DNA from: a bacterium
Lineage (GTDB): Bacteria > RBG-13-61-14 > DATKZS01
Assembly (NCBI GenBank): GCA_963674965.2
Contig: CAXXFL010000005.1
Span: 96,001-160,000, forward strand
Direction of reading: 5' to 3'
DNA length: 64,000 nucleotides
Part shown: positions 38,525 through 49,275 of the stretch, piece after piece
Layout: every line of letters begins with the position of its first letter
Position numbering within the stretch: the first letter of the stretch is position 1
Made by a program: the position numbers and the translations under genes
The notes under the pieces: generated by a model
What the model saw: only the letters and a program-made list of their open reading frames with translations
What the model was told of the DNA's origin: nothing
The model's database searches: none

Positions 38525-39967
38525 ATGGAAAGCATCATTCATTTGGCCGCTGCCAAGACAAAAACCAAAAGCCTGGATTGGGAAAAACAAGAAGAGAAAG
38601 GCGCGCCGGGAACGAGAGGCGATGTATGGAAAATAATTCTCGCGGCGGTTTTAATAACCCTAAGCCCAGTGACCATGGCTCGATCCGCGGGTCCCTCCCC
38701 CTTAAGCCTCGATGAGGCCATACAACTGTCGATGCAGAACAATCCCCGGCTGAAATCCTCGGACTCGGAGCACGAGGCGGCCAAGGCCCGCGTGGACATG
38801 GCCAAGTCGGGTCTATATCCGCAAGTGGCGGTGAGCGAGACCTTTACTCGCACCGACAATCAGATGTGGGCCTTTGGGACGAAACTCAATCAGGGCCGCA
38901 TAACCACGCTCGATTTCGACCCGGCCGCGCTTAACGATCCTGACGAAATCGACAATTTCAACACCACCGTCTCGGCCGTTTTGCCTCTTTTCGATTCCGG
39001 CCAGACCTGGATCGGGATCAGCCAGGCCGGGATGGCCGAGAAGGCCCAGGCCAAGGTAAAGGAAAGAATCCGCCAGGAGGTTATCGCCGAGGTAATCCTT
39101 TCCTATTCGGGAGTATTGCACGCGACCCAAAGGCAAAAGGCCGTCATGAGTTCCCTCGAGTCCGCCAGGGCCCGCTTAAAGCTGATTAACTCGCTTTACG
39201 ACGCTGGCCTGGTCGTAAAAAGCGACTTCCTGCGGGCCAAGGTGTGGGAGGCGTCGCTCGAAAGGGAAAGACTTGCATCGGAAAGCGATATCGCGGTCGC
39301 CCGATCGGCCCTCAACGCCTCGATGGGAGTGCCCATGGACGGCGTATACGAACTGACGAGCGAACTTGCCGGTGAGGCGCCAATCCAGGGCGATCTCGAC
39401 TACTGGATCGATAAGGCCCTTGCCTGCCGGCCGGACCTCGAGGCAGCCAGGATTCAATCGAGCCTCGCCGACAAGGAGGTGGAAAAAACAAAGGCGGCTT
39501 ACCTGCCGTCAGTTTACGCGTTCGGCAAATACGAGATAAACACCGAGGACTTCGACGATACCTCCGACAATCGCACCGTGGGAGCCGCGGTAAACGTGGA
39601 CCTGTTCGAGGGCTTCTACCGAAGTTCCAAAACAAGGGAGGCCAAGGCGAACGGGCAAAGCGCCAAAAGCATGGGCCACGCCCTCGAGCTTGGAGTCGAG
39701 TTCCAGGTGAGAAGGGCCTACCACCGGGCCATGAGCGCCCGCGCCGGGATTGACGTGGCCCAGGCCGCCGTCGAGCAGGCCCGGGAGGGCCTGGACATCG
39801 TGGCCGACCGCTATGAGACCGGCCTTTACACCATAGTGAACCTGATCGACGCGGAGGCCTCTCTGCAGGAGGCAAGGACCGCCTGCCTGGCCTCCCGCTA
39901 CGGATACGCGGCGGCGAGGGCCGAGCTGCTCCTGGCCGCGGGGGCTCTCGATGTCGACTTCGAGTGA
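38525..39967 (+). CDS. TolC-family outer-membrane efflux protein
   Basis: LSLDEAIQLSMQNNP, YPQV, PLFD, RPDL, YLPSV repeats typical of OEP domains; true start uncertain. Confidence 0.88.
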   Translation: MESIIHLAAAKTKTKSLDWEKQEEKGAPGTRGDVWKIILAAVLITLSPVTMARSAGPSPLSLDEAIQLSMQNNPRLKSSDSEHEAAKARVDMAKSGLYPQVAVSETFTRTDNQMWAFGTKLNQGRITTLDFDPAALNDPDEIDNFNTTVSAVLPLFDSGQTWIGISQAGMAEKAQAKVKERIRQEVIAEVILSYSGVLHATQRQKAVMSSLESARARLKLINSLYDAGLVVKSDFLRAKVWEASLERERLASESDIAVARSALNASMGVPMDGVYELTSELAGEAPIQGDLDYWIDKALACRPDLEAARIQSSLADKEVEKTKAAYLPSVYAFGKYEINTEDFDDTSDNRTVGAAVNVDLFEGFYRSSKTREAKANGQSAKSMGHALELGVEFQVRRAYHRAMSARAGIDVAQAAVEQAREGLDIVADRYETGLYTIVNLIDAEASLQEARTACLASRYGYAAARAELLLAAGALDVDFE

Positions 39968-40017
39968 TATCGCGCGGGAAGAAAGCGGAGATTGAAAAGG
40001 ACAAAGGAGACTGACCG

Positions 40018-41085
40018 ATGAAAAAAGAACTAATTTTACTCGCCGTTCTGGCCCTGGCCGCCGGCTCCGGCGGTTGCGGACATATAAAGCCCGGCAACGC
40101 GGCCCAACGGCCGCCTTCCCTCCAGGGCCTCACCATACTCGAGGCGCGAATATCCAGCGAGCCCATCGCTCGCGAGTTAACGGGAACGGTCAAGGCCGGG
40201 ATCATGGCCGACGTGGCGCCCGAGCTTTTCGGCGAGATCATCGAGATTCGCGTCAAGGAGGGAGACGCCGTTAAAAAGGACGGCGTTCTCGCGGTCCTGG
40301 ACGGGGAGAAGGTCGCCGCTCAAGTCGGAAGGGCCCGGGCGGCCAGGTCCCAGGCCGCCGCCCAGGCGCGCCTGGCCAATTCGACCTACTCCCGTTTCAA
40401 GGAGTTGAAACGGAGAGGCTCGGTGAGCGACCAGGAGTACGACGAGGTCCTGGCGCGGCACGGCCAGGCCTCGGCCGGCCTGCGCGAGGCTGAGGCCGCG
40501 CTGGCGGCGGCCCTCGAGATGGAAAAGGACGCCATCATAACCTCGCCGGTGGACGGAGTGGTCACGGCCAAACTGGCCGACGTGGGCGACGTGGCCTCGC
40601 CGGGCGTTCCCCTTTTCGCCGTCGAGACCGAGGGCGGATACAGGGTCGACTTCACGGCCCCGGAGAAACTCCTTGGGTCCATCAAAAAAGGCATGAAGGT
40701 CAAGGTTATTAGCGACTCGCCCCCCGGGACGCTCGACGGAGTCGTCTCGGCGGTGTCGCCCTCCACCGACCCCAGGAGCAGGAGCTTCCTGTCCAAGGCG
40801 GACTTGCCCGAGGACGCCCGGGTGGTTTCCGGCTCTTTCGTGAGGGTGATGGTCCCCCTTGGCGACGAAAGGGGAATCTCGGTGCCCCAATCCGCCCTGG
40901 TCCGGCGCGGACAGCTCACCGGTATCTATATCGCCGACAAGGACGGGATCGCCAGGTGGAGAATCCTGCGGACGGGCAGGGATTTGGGAGAAAACGTCGA
41001 GATAGTCTCGGGCCTCGAGGAGGGAACAAGGTACGTGGCCGAGCCTCCCCTTACCTTAAGCGACGGCGTGAAAATAGGTGGGTAA
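40018..41085 (+). CDS. RND efflux periplasmic adaptor (MFP) lipoprotein
   Basis: Lipobox-like SGGC; lipoyl halves VKEGDAVKKD and ITSPVDGVV...GDVASPG; helical hairpin; VEIVSGL. Confidence 0.9.
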   Translation: MKKELILLAVLALAAGSGGCGHIKPGNAAQRPPSLQGLTILEARISSEPIARELTGTVKAGIMADVAPELFGEIIEIRVKEGDAVKKDGVLAVLDGEKVAAQVGRARAARSQAAAQARLANSTYSRFKELKRRGSVSDQEYDEVLARHGQASAGLREAEAALAAALEMEKDAIITSPVDGVVTAKLADVGDVASPGVPLFAVETEGGYRVDFTAPEKLLGSIKKGMKVKVISDSPPGTLDGVVSAVSPSTDPRSRSFLSKADLPEDARVVSGSFVRVMVPLGDERGISVPQSALVRRGQLTGIYIADKDGIARWRILRTGRDLGENVEIVSGLEEGTRYVAEPPLTLSDGVKIGG

Positions 41086-41088
41086 AAC

Positions 41089-44000
41089 ATGAGACAGCTA
41101 AGGACGGGGGCCGCCGGCAAGATAGCCAAGGCCTTTATAAACTCGAGGCTGACTCTTCTCATAGTCCTTACCTCGGTGGTGCTCGGGCTCTTCGCCATTC
41201 GGAACCTGCCCCGCGAGGAGGAACCCCAGATAATCGTGCCCATGATCGACGTCTTCGTCCAAATGCCGGGGGAAAGCGCCAAGGAAATCGAGCAGCGGGT
41301 AACCAGGCCCATGGAAAAGCTGATCTGGGAGATACCGGGCGTCGAGTACGTTTACACCACCAGTTATCCGGGGCTTTCCATGATGGTGGTCCGGTTCCTG
41401 GTGGGGGAGGACGAGGAGAAGGCCATCGTCAGGCTGCAGAGCAAGCTGCTGGCCAACTTCGACCGCATACCCTACGGCGCCTCGCCTCCGCTGGTCAAGC
41501 CCCGCTATATTGACGACGTTCCCATATTGGCGCTGACCTTCTGGGGCGAGGGCAAGGACCACTACGAGCTTCGCCGGGTGGCCGCCGAGGTCGAGTCCCT
41601 CATCAAGCGGGAGGAGGACGTCTCCATTACCGACGTCATCGGGGGCTATAGAAAAAGCGTCGAGGTAATACTCGATCCGTCCCGGCTCGCGGCCCATGGG
41701 ATCGATCCCCTTACCGTCAGGGACATGGTCGCCGCCAACAACATCGAGACCGACCTCGGTTCCCACCAGGTAAAGGGAGAGGAAATAAGGTTTCACGCCG
41801 GCGGGTTCCTGCGCGACGCCAATGACGTCAAGCGCGTGGTGGTCTCCGCGGCCGACGGCCGGCCCGTGTTCCTGGGCGACGTGGCCGAGGTGATCGAGGG
41901 GCCCGAGGAACCCAAGGATTACGTTTTCCTCGGCGTGGGTCCCGCCGGGGAGGCGAAGGGACTCGAGTACTCGAGCGGATCGTACAAGAACCATCCCGCC
42001 GCCACCATCACCATGGCCAAAAGGAAGGGGACCAACGCCATCGACGTGGCCAACCGGGTCCTGGAAAGGGTCGAGGAAGCCAAGGGCGTGTTGATACCCG
42101 ACGACGTCAACGTCACCATCACCCGCCATTACGGCGAGACGGCCAAGGAAAAATCGGACGAGCTCCTGTTCCATATGGCCATCGCCATAATATCGGTCAC
42201 CATACTGGTGGGCTTCGCCCTCGGCTACCGGGAGGCGGGCGTGGTCATGCTGGCCATACCCGTGACGCTGGCCCTGACCCTGGCCGTGTTCTACTGGTAC
42301 GGCTACACCCTGAACAGGATCACTCTTTTCGCGCTCATCTTCTCCATCGGCATCCTGGTGGACGACGCCATCGTGGTGGTCGAGAACATAGTCCGTCACT
42401 TCCGCATGCCCCAGAACCAGGGCAAGCCCTTTATTAAAGTGGCCATCCGGGCGGTCGACGAGGTGGGAGACCCGACCATACTGGCCACCCTTACCGTCAT
42501 AGCCGCCATCGTGCCCATGGCCTTCGTGGGAGGACTGATGGGTCCGTACATGCGGCCCATACCGGTGGGGGCCACCGCCGCCATGATCTTTTCCTTGCTG
42601 GTCGCCTTCATCGTAACCCCCTGGGCCGGGACCCTGCTATTAAAAGGGGAAATGGAAGGACCTTCCCATTCCCCCGAAAGCCAGGGAAAGGAGGGATGGT
42701 CCACCCGCCTCTACAGAAGGGCCATGACTCCCCTTATCAACAACCCCTTTTACAGATACGGGTTCCTCCTGTCCGTTGTCCTTCTCCTCCTCGGAGCCAT
42801 GCTCCTCGTGGCCGTCGGATGGGTCAAGGTCAAGATGCTTCCATTCGACAACAAGAGCGAGTTCCAGGTCGTCATCGACATGCCGGAGGGGACCACCATG
42901 GAAAAAACCGCCGCCGCGGCCATGGAAATGGGAGACTACCTGAGAGCGGTCAACGAGGTGACCGATTACGAGATATACGTGGGCTCCGCCTCGCCCTTTA
43001 ACTTCAACGGCCTGGTGAGGCACTCCTATTTGCGGCAGGGACCCAACGTGGCGGACATACAGGTAAACCTGGCCGCCAAGCACGACCGGACCGCCCAGAG
43101 TCACGAGATAGCCAAGAGGGCGCGAGGTCCCCTCAAGGAAATAGCCGACCGGGCGGGGGGCAAGGTCAAGGTGGTCGAGGTGCCTCCCGGGCCTCCCGTT
43201 CTGTCCACGCTGGTGGCCGAGGTTTACGGGCCCGACTACGAGAGGCAAATCCAGATCGCGGGACAAATCAAGGAGATATTCGAGAGCACCCCCGGCGTGG
43301 TGGACGTGGACTGGTACGTCGAGGACGATCAGAAAAAACAAAGCCTGGTGGTGGACAAGGAAAAGGCCTCCCTCCACGGCGTCTCCGCGGCCCAGATCAA
43401 CCAGACCCTCGATCTGGCCCTGACCGGAAGGGCCATCGGACTCATCCACGCCCCCGAGGAAAAGGAGGACGTGAAGATATTCCTGCGTACTCCGCCCTCG
43501 CAAAAAGCCGGCGTCGAGCGCGTGGCCAACCTTAAGATAAAGGCCGCCGACCAGAGCATGGTCCCCCTTTCCAGCCTGGTCAAGGTCGAGGACTCGACTA
43601 TAGACAAGGCCATATACCATAAAAACCTCGTGCCCGCCGTCTACGTCCTGGGGGACGTGGCCGGAGAAAAGGAAAGCCCCGTTTACGCCATCCTCGAGAT
43701 GTGGGAAAAAATCGACGCCATCGAGCTGCCCGAGGGTTATAAGATCGAGCAAAACACGGCGTCCATTCCCCGTGACGCCAACAAATACGCCATGAAATGG
43801 GACGGCGAATGGCACATCACCTACGAGGTCTTCCGGGACCTGGGCATCGCCTTCGGGGCGGCCCTCCTCTTGATCTTCGTCCTGGTGGTCGCCTATTTCC
43901 AGAGCTTCTCCACCCCGCTCGTCATTCTCGCGGCCATTCCCTTCTCCCTGGTCGGCATCCTGCCGGCTCACGGCGCAATGGGAGCGTTCTTCACGGCGAC

Positions 44001-44397
44001 CTCCATGATCGGCTTCATCGCCGGGGCCGGAATCGTGGTCAGAAACTCGATCATACTGGTCGACTTCATCGAGCTGCGGATCGCCCAGGGAGCGCCCCTT
44101 AACCAGGCCGTGGTCGACGCCGGGGCCATCAGGTTCAGGCCCATGCTCCTGACCGCCGCCGCCGTCGTGGTGGGGGCATCGGTCATACTCTTCGATCCCA
44201 TCTTCCAGGGGCTGGCCATCTCCCTCATGGCGGGAGAGATCGCTTCCCTTCTCCTTTCCAGAATGACGGTCCCCATTCTCTATTACCTGGATAAAAAAAG
44301 GGAACTGGAAAAGGAAACGCGCGACACGGGCCCCAAGACAAATAACGAAAAGGAAAAGGAAAAGGAAGTCAAGGAAATAAAAGACAAACGGGATTGA
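41089..44397 (+). CDS. RND efflux permease subunit (AcrB/CusA superfamily)
   Basis: [58 protein letters not shown]. Confidence 0.95.
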   Translation: MRQLRTGAAGKIAKAFINSRLTLLIVLTSVVLGLFAIRNLPREEEPQIIVPMIDVFVQMPGESAKEIEQRVTRPMEKLIWEIPGVEYVYTTSYPGLSMMVVRFLVGEDEEKAIVRLQSKLLANFDRIPYGASPPLVKPRYIDDVPILALTFWGEGKDHYELRRVAAEVESLIKREEDVSITDVIGGYRKSVEVILDPSRLAAHGIDPLTVRDMVAANNIETDLGSHQVKGEEIRFHAGGFLRDANDVKRVVVSAADGRPVFLGDVAEVIEGPEEPKDYVFLGVGPAGEAKGLEYSSGSYKNHPAATITMAKRKGTNAIDVANRVLERVEEAKGVLIPDDVNVTITRHYGETAKEKSDELLFHMAIAIISVTILVGFALGYREAGVVMLAIPVTLALTLAVFYWYGYTLNRITLFALIFSIGILVDDAIVVVENIVRHFRMPQNQGKPFIKVAIRAVDEVGDPTILATLTVIAAIVPMAFVGGLMGPYMRPIPVGATAAMIFSLLVAFIVTPWAGTLLLKGEMEGPSHSPESQGKEGWSTRLYRRAMTPLINNPFYRYGFLLSVVLLLLGAMLLVAVGWVKVKMLPFDNKSEFQVVIDMPEGTTMEKTAAAAMEMGDYLRAVNEVTDYEIYVGSASPFNFNGLVRHSYLRQGPNVADIQVNLAAKHDRTAQSHEIAKRARGPLKEIADRAGGKVKVVEVPPGPPVLSTLVAEVYGPDYERQIQIAGQIKEIFESTPGVVDVDWYVEDDQKKQSLVVDKEKASLHGVSAAQINQTLDLALTGRAIGLIHAPEEKEDVKIFLRTPPSQKAGVERVANLKIKAADQSMVPLSSLVKVEDSTIDKAIYHKNLVPAVYVLGDVAGEKESPVYAILEMWEKIDAIELPEGYKIEQNTASIPRDANKYAMKWDGEWHITYEVFRDLGIAFGAALLLIFVLVVAYFQSFSTPLVILAAIPFSLVGILPAHGAMGAFFTATSMIGFIAGAGIVVRNSIILVDFIELRIAQGAPLNQAVVDAGAIRFRPMLLTAAAVVVGASVILFDPIFQGLAISLMAGEIASLLLSRMTVPILYYLDKKRELEKETRDTGPKTNNEKEKEKEVKEIKDKRD

Positions 44398-44476
44398 TCG
44401 AAAACCGCGGTCAAGCCGGCGGGCCGGCTCTCGAATCGAGACGGGACCGGCGAAGTAAAAATCGGGAGGAAATTAA

Positions 44477-44698
44477 ATGAACGTGGAAAGAGCATTAAGA
44501 GCGGTGGCCGGAGGAGTGGTAATAGTATCCGCGGCCTTGACCTGCTTTCACTCGCCCCTTTGGATACTGTTCACCCTGTTCGTGGGCGCCAACCTTTTAC
44601 AGTCCTCGCTGACCAACTGGTGTCCCATGATGACCGTGTTGCGCAAGGCCGGATTAAAGGATTGCACTGACAATACGGCCCTGGACGTTGCCAGATAA
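44477..44698 (+). CDS. DUF2892 (YgaP-like) small membrane protein
   Basis: MNVERALR..AG, FVGANLLQS..TNWCPM. Confidence 0.88.
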   Translation: MNVERALRAVAGGVVIVSAALTCFHSPLWILFTLFVGANLLQSSLTNWCPMMTVLRKAGLKDCTDNTALDVAR

Positions 44699-44704
44699 AA
44701 TTTA

Positions 44705-44771
44705 CAAAACAAAAATGGCGCTCCCTTGCCCCGTCCCACCATTCCGGGGAGGAAAGAGGCAAGGAAGCGCC
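44705..44771 (-). terminator. Hairpin between convergent DUF2892 and ilvD genes, likely the ilvD terminator
   Basis: Inverted repeat GGCGCTCCCTTGCC (44717-44730) / GGCAAGGAAGCGCC (44758-44771), 13/14 match, followed on the minus strand by ATTTTTGTTTTG. Confidence 0.45.
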
Positions 44772-44821
44772 GCTTCAATTATGGAAAGGACGGCCTATCG
44801 TACCGTCTCGACGGCCGCCGC

Positions 44822-46465
44822 CTACTCCAGGATGGCCCCCTTGGCCGCGCTCGAGACGTACTTGCGATAGCGCTTCATGAAGCCGTCGGGTATTTTCCGC
44901 TCGACGGGCTTGTAATTTTCCAGGCGCTTTTTGATCTCCTCGTCCGACAGGTTCAAGTGGATGCCGCGGTTCGGGATGTCGACGGTTATCTCGTCGCCGT
45001 CCCTCACCGCCGCGATGGGTCCTCCCACGTAGGCCTCGGGGGAAACGTGGCCCACGCACGGACCCACGCTGGCTCCGGAAAAGCGGCCGTCCGTGAGCAT
45101 GGCCACCCGCTTCATGCCCGAAAGGTCGATGGCCATGGTGACGGCCAGTGTCTCGGGCATGCCCGGAGCGCCCTTGGGCCCCTCGTTCCTGATTACCACC
45201 ACCTCGCCCTCCTTGATCCGTCCCTCCCGGACCGCGGCCAGGGCCTCGTGCTCGCTCTCCATCACGTGGGCCTTGCCCGTAAAGGTCCGCATCTCGGGAA
45301 TGACCGCCGACTGCTTGACCACCGCCCCCTCCGGCGCCAGGTTCCCGAAAAGGGCCACCGTGCCGCCCTCCTCCTTGAAGGGCTTGTCCTTGGGCCGGAT
45401 GACCCGCTCGTCGGCCACGGCCACGTTCTCGAGGATTTCCTTCCAGGTCGCGCCCGTGACGTTGAGGGCGTCCAGATGAAGGTCCGACTCGAGCCGCTTC
45501 ATCACCGCCGGGATGCCGCCCGCGGAATATAGGTCGATGATCCCGTGCGGGCCGTTGGGACTGATCGAGCAGATGGTGGGTATTTTCACGTTGACCTCGT
45601 TGAACCTGGAGAGGGGAAGCTCGAGTCCCAGCTCGTGGGCGATGGCGGGAAGGTGCAGGGTCGAGTTGGTCGAACCGCCGATGGCCAGGTCGACCATGAC
45701 CGCGTTGTCCAGGGCCTTCTCGGTCATGATCTTGCGGGCCGTCAGGTCCTCCTCGACCATGGCCACCACCCTTTTCCCCGCCTGGCGGGCGAAACGCAGC
45801 TTGTCGGCGTGAAAGGCCGGAACGTTGGCCGAGCCGGGTATGGTCAACCCGAAGGCCTCGGCCATGCACTGGAAGGTGTTGGCCGTGCCCATCAGCTCGC
45901 AGGCGCCGCAGGTGGCGCAGGTCGAGGTCCCCAGCTTGAGACCCAGGTCCGCGTAATCCTTGTGGTCAACGCTCTCCCCTCTTCCCGCCATGAACCGGAT
46001 GTGCCACGAGTTGGGACCGCCGGTCAAAAACACCGTGGGCAGGTCTAGCCTGGCCGCGGCCATGAGCATGCCGGGAATGATCTTGTCGCAGCTCGCCACC
46101 ATGACGATCCCGTCGAAGCACATGCTGCGGCTGTAGGTCTCGACCGTGTCGGCTATGAGCTCGCGCTGGGCCAGCACGTAGCGCATGGCGTCGTGGCCCT
46201 CCGTGATCCCGTCGCAGGGGGCGGGCACGTTGAACTCGAAGGGTATGCCTCCACCCGCGTGTACGCCCTCCTTGACGCGCGTGGCCAAAAGGCCAAGATG
46301 CATGTGCCCGGGGTTGGCCTCGGTGAGGGAGTTGGCCACGCCGATAATCGGCTTTTCCTTGCACTCCTCCACGTCAACGCCCGTGCCCTTCAATATGGTC
46401 ACCCGGACCATGCTGATGGGGAAATCCTTATTATCGAACATGGGTTGGCTTTTCGGCTTCTTCAT
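44822..46465 (-). CDS. ilvD: Dihydroxy-acid dehydratase (IlvD/Edd family)
   Basis: KPIIGVANS, PCDGI, CDKIIPG, GACELMGTANT, GGSTN..LHL, GPKGAPGMPE, LTDGRFSG, GHVSPEA; substrate could be a sugar acid. Confidence 0.85.
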   Translation of the reverse strand: MKKPKSQPMFDNKDFPISMVRVTILKGTGVDVEECKEKPIIGVANSLTEANPGHMHLGLLATRVKEGVHAGGGIPFEFNVPAPCDGITEGHDAMRYVLAQRELIADTVETYSRSMCFDGIVMVASCDKIIPGMLMAAARLDLPTVFLTGGPNSWHIRFMAGRGESVDHKDYADLGLKLGTSTCATCGACELMGTANTFQCMAEAFGLTIPGSANVPAFHADKLRFARQAGKRVVAMVEEDLTARKIMTEKALDNAVMVDLAIGGSTNSTLHLPAIAHELGLELPLSRFNEVNVKIPTICSISPNGPHGIIDLYSAGGIPAVMKRLESDLHLDALNVTGATWKEILENVAVADERVIRPKDKPFKEEGGTVALFGNLAPEGAVVKQSAVIPEMRTFTGKAHVMESEHEALAAVREGRIKEGEVVVIRNEGPKGAPGMPETLAVTMAIDLSGMKRVAMLTDGRFSGASVGPCVGHVSPEAYVGGPIAAVRDGDEITVDIPNRGIHLNLSDEEIKKRLENYKPVERKIPDGFMKRYRKYVSSAAKGAILE

Positions 46466-46762
46466 AAAAGTTTACCTCCTGGTTGGTTTTGGGCGACGCC
46501 CGGGGCGGGAAACCTCTCCTCCGGCGGCGACAACCTGCATCCTAGCTTCTTTTCGCCCCGTTCTCAAAATTAAGGCGAGGGTCCAGGCCCGACGGCATGG
46601 ATTATCGCGACCCGAGAGCCGGCCGGCGGCGGACGATTCGGGTTTGCATTCGCATTTTCCATAAGCTAGGTTATGAGGGAGGGGATGAGTGTCTCGCGCC
46701 GCGGCCTTTTGGACTTGGCGTGGAAAGCGGTCCCTATTCCACTATCCGGGGAGGATACAGTC

Positions 46763-48064
46763 ATGGTTATCGAGTGCGACGCCGTCATCGTCGGCTCTGG
46801 CCCGGGAGGAGCGTCCTGCGCCAGGGAACTGGTCAAGGCCGGCAAACAAGTGGTCATGCTGGAACGGGGCGCCGACCATCAAATGATGGGCAACTCGGTG
46901 GCGACCCTTCCCATGGTGGACCTGAGCAACATCGCGCCCATCGGCCACAAGATGATGATCAGGGGAATCACCACCGGCGGGTCATCCATGCTCTACTGCG
47001 GCACCGCCACCCGGCCGGCCCCCTTTATCAAGGAGCAGACGGGCATCGACCTCAATCCCTACGCCGACGAGTTCGAGGAGGAACTGGGCATCGGTCCCCT
47101 CCCGGAAAGGCTGGTGGGAGACGCGGCCAAGCGCATGATGGACGCCGCCAGGGAGCTGAATATCGACTGGGACCTCCTGCCCAAGTTCATCAATCCCGAA
47201 AAATGCGAGCCGGACTGCGGCGACTGCATGTTCGGCTGCAAAAAGGGAGCGAAATGGACCTCCCGCGAGTTCGTCTACGAGTCTCAAGAAAAGGGCATGC
47301 GCCTTTTCAACCGCGTCAAGGTGGACAAGGTGCTGCGCGACGACGGCAAGGCGATAGGAGTGAAAGGCAAGGGACCCGGCGGCGAGATGGAGGTCCGGGC
47401 CCAAAAGGTGGTCATCTCGGCCGGCGGACTGGGGACCCCCGTGATCCTCAAGCGCTCGGGCATCGACGAGGCGGGCGAGGGCTTTTTCAGCGATCCTCTC
47501 CTCTTCACCTACGGCGTCAGGGAAAAACAGGAAAAGGGGTCCATTTACGACATACCCATGACCGCCGGGACCTTCCAGTACTGGGAGGACGAGGGGTTCG
47601 TGCTCACCGACCTGGCCGAGCCCTGGCTCATGATGTGGTCGTCCATGGGCATGGCCAGGCCTCCCCGGCCCGACGTAGCCCACAAGGTGAGAAAAGTCCT
47701 GGGCATAATGACCAAGGTCAAGGACCCCGTCTCGGGAAGGATCGACGCCAATGGCAAAATTAGGAAGCCCTTCGAGGATGTAGTCAAGAAGAGACTCTTC
47801 GGCGGCGACGCGGTCGCCCGGGAAATCCTGTTAAAGGCCGGCTGCGAAAAAGGCTCGCTCTTCACCGCCCCCATCAAGGCCGCCCACCCCGGCGGGACCG
47901 CCAGGATCGGACACGTGGTCAACGACAAGCTCGAGACCAAAATCAAAAACCTCTACGTGGCCGACGCCAGCGTGGTGCCCGACGAGTTGGGAACGCCCGT
48001 CGTGCTTCTCGCCCTTTGCATCGGGAAATACGCGGCCCAGAACATCCTGGCCGACTGGAACTGA
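46763..48064 (+). CDS. GMC-family FAD oxidoreductase
   Basis: IVGSGPGGA...LERG, GGSS, CGDCMFGCKKGAK, SAGGLGTP, AHPGGTARIG, NLYVADASV; start after GGAGG RBS. Confidence 0.88.
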   Translation: MVIECDAVIVGSGPGGASCARELVKAGKQVVMLERGADHQMMGNSVATLPMVDLSNIAPIGHKMMIRGITTGGSSMLYCGTATRPAPFIKEQTGIDLNPYADEFEEELGIGPLPERLVGDAAKRMMDAARELNIDWDLLPKFINPEKCEPDCGDCMFGCKKGAKWTSREFVYESQEKGMRLFNRVKVDKVLRDDGKAIGVKGKGPGGEMEVRAQKVVISAGGLGTPVILKRSGIDEAGEGFFSDPLLFTYGVREKQEKGSIYDIPMTAGTFQYWEDEGFVLTDLAEPWLMMWSSMGMARPPRPDVAHKVRKVLGIMTKVKDPVSGRIDANGKIRKPFEDVVKKRLFGGDAVAREILLKAGCEKGSLFTAPIKAAHPGGTARIGHVVNDKLETKIKNLYVADASVVPDELGTPVVLLALCIGKYAAQNILADWN

Positions 48065-48248
48065 AACCGACTTATGGGTACAACGGCCGGACGGACGCCG
48101 CGGGCTTCCGGCTCCGGCGTCCCCTTCAGCCGATATAGGATTTGTCAACCATGCCCATGACCGCCAAGGCCGACCAAAGCGAGGTCAATCCTCATTCCCT
48201 TTCGCTAACGGGGCTTGGCCGTCCGCCCGCCGGTCTCGAGGGAGGCGA

Positions 48249-49028
48249 ATGAACGAGACGGCCGCCGGGAGCGAGGACCTTACCGAGCTTCTCGGGCGTC
48301 TTCGCGAGACGGCAAAGGGTTTCCAGGCCCGCTTGCTTTCCGCCGCGGGTCCCGATGAGTTGGCCGAATACAAGGGCCGGCTGGAAAAAAAAGGCAAGGG
48401 CAAAAGCCCCGTGATTCTGGCCTCGGACACGGCCGTCGAGCTGGGGTCGCCCCGGCTGAGGTCGGCCTACGCCGCGCTCTGGACCAGGGACAAGTCGCTC
48501 GTGACGGACGGGGCCGTAACGGTGATCGGACCGGGCCTGGCCGAGTCGGAGGGCAAGGCCCTCGATTACGCCCAGTTGACCGCGTTGGCCTTGGGCCCGG
48601 AGGCCGAGCCCAATCCATTCAAGCTCGAGTCCATCCAGTTCCTGGCCCGGCGGCTTCCGGGGGTCATGTCGAGAACGGTCCCCGGCAGGCTCTGGGTCCG
48701 AGTCAGTCACCAGGCGATCGAGGCGGGCGTCGACTTCCGGATCATCGGAGGGGCGCTAAGGGAGACTTATAAAAAGGAAATGGCCGGCGTCGAGGCGGTC
48801 GAGTCCTTTTTCGTGACCCTCTGCGGCCGGGCGGTGGACCAATTCTCGGCCATCGCGAGCGAGGCGAGAATTCACGCGGGCAGTCACAAGAAGCTGGCCC
48901 TGGGCGTTGACGGCTCCTACGAGTGCAAGGAACTCGAGTGCGACTCCTGCGACGAAAAGCCCGTGTGCGACAGGATTCGGGAGGTCGCCATTATCCGGAA
49001 GAGGAAAAAGAAGGAAAGCGCGAGATAA
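48249..49028 (+). CDS. Stand-alone protein resembling the N-terminal domain of acetyl-CoA synthase beta subunit (CdhC/AcsB), with a C-terminal Cys cluster
   Basis: AVELGSP, DGAVTVIGP, GVMSR...LWVRVSHQAIEAG.DF..IG..L recall CdhC N-domain motifs; C-terminus CKELECDSCDEKPVC; no A-cluster domain. Confidence 0.65.
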   Translation: MNETAAGSEDLTELLGRLRETAKGFQARLLSAAGPDELAEYKGRLEKKGKGKSPVILASDTAVELGSPRLRSAYAALWTRDKSLVTDGAVTVIGPGLAESEGKALDYAQLTALALGPEAEPNPFKLESIQFLARRLPGVMSRTVPGRLWVRVSHQAIEAGVDFRIIGGALRETYKKEMAGVEAVESFFVTLCGRAVDQFSAIASEARIHAGSHKKLALGVDGSYECKELECDSCDEKPVCDRIREVAIIRKRKKKESAR

Positions 49029-49047
49029 ACCGTAAAGAAATGGAACC

Positions 49048-49222
49048 TCTTGTAAAAGTTCCGCTTTGGAGTGCGGCGGCTCGACGCCGCTTTTCTTCCG
49101 AGCGGCTTGACGCGAGGCAAGCCGGCGTATTATAGGCCTTGTCAAGCCAAGGCCATCGAAAGCGGTCTCAAGCGACCGCGCTCCAAAGCGGCTATGCCGC
49201 CAAGAAAATGACTTTTGCAAGA
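49048..49222. repeat. Nested palindromic element (REPIN/MITE-like)
   Basis: Outer IR TCTTGTAAAAGT / ACTTTTGCAAGA (11/12); inner IR CCGCTTTGGAGTGCGG / CCGCGCTCCAAAGCGG (15/16); each arm has its own hairpin and two more hairpins lie in the centre. Confidence 0.75.
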
Positions 49223-49275
49223 CTTATTAACGCGGCGGCCGAGTCCCGCGTCCGCGATAAATGGAGGTTGCGCCC

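Noticed and set aside
49048-49222. Palindromic repeats as a CRISPR array
   Set aside because: Repeats are inverted, not direct with spacers; no cas genes
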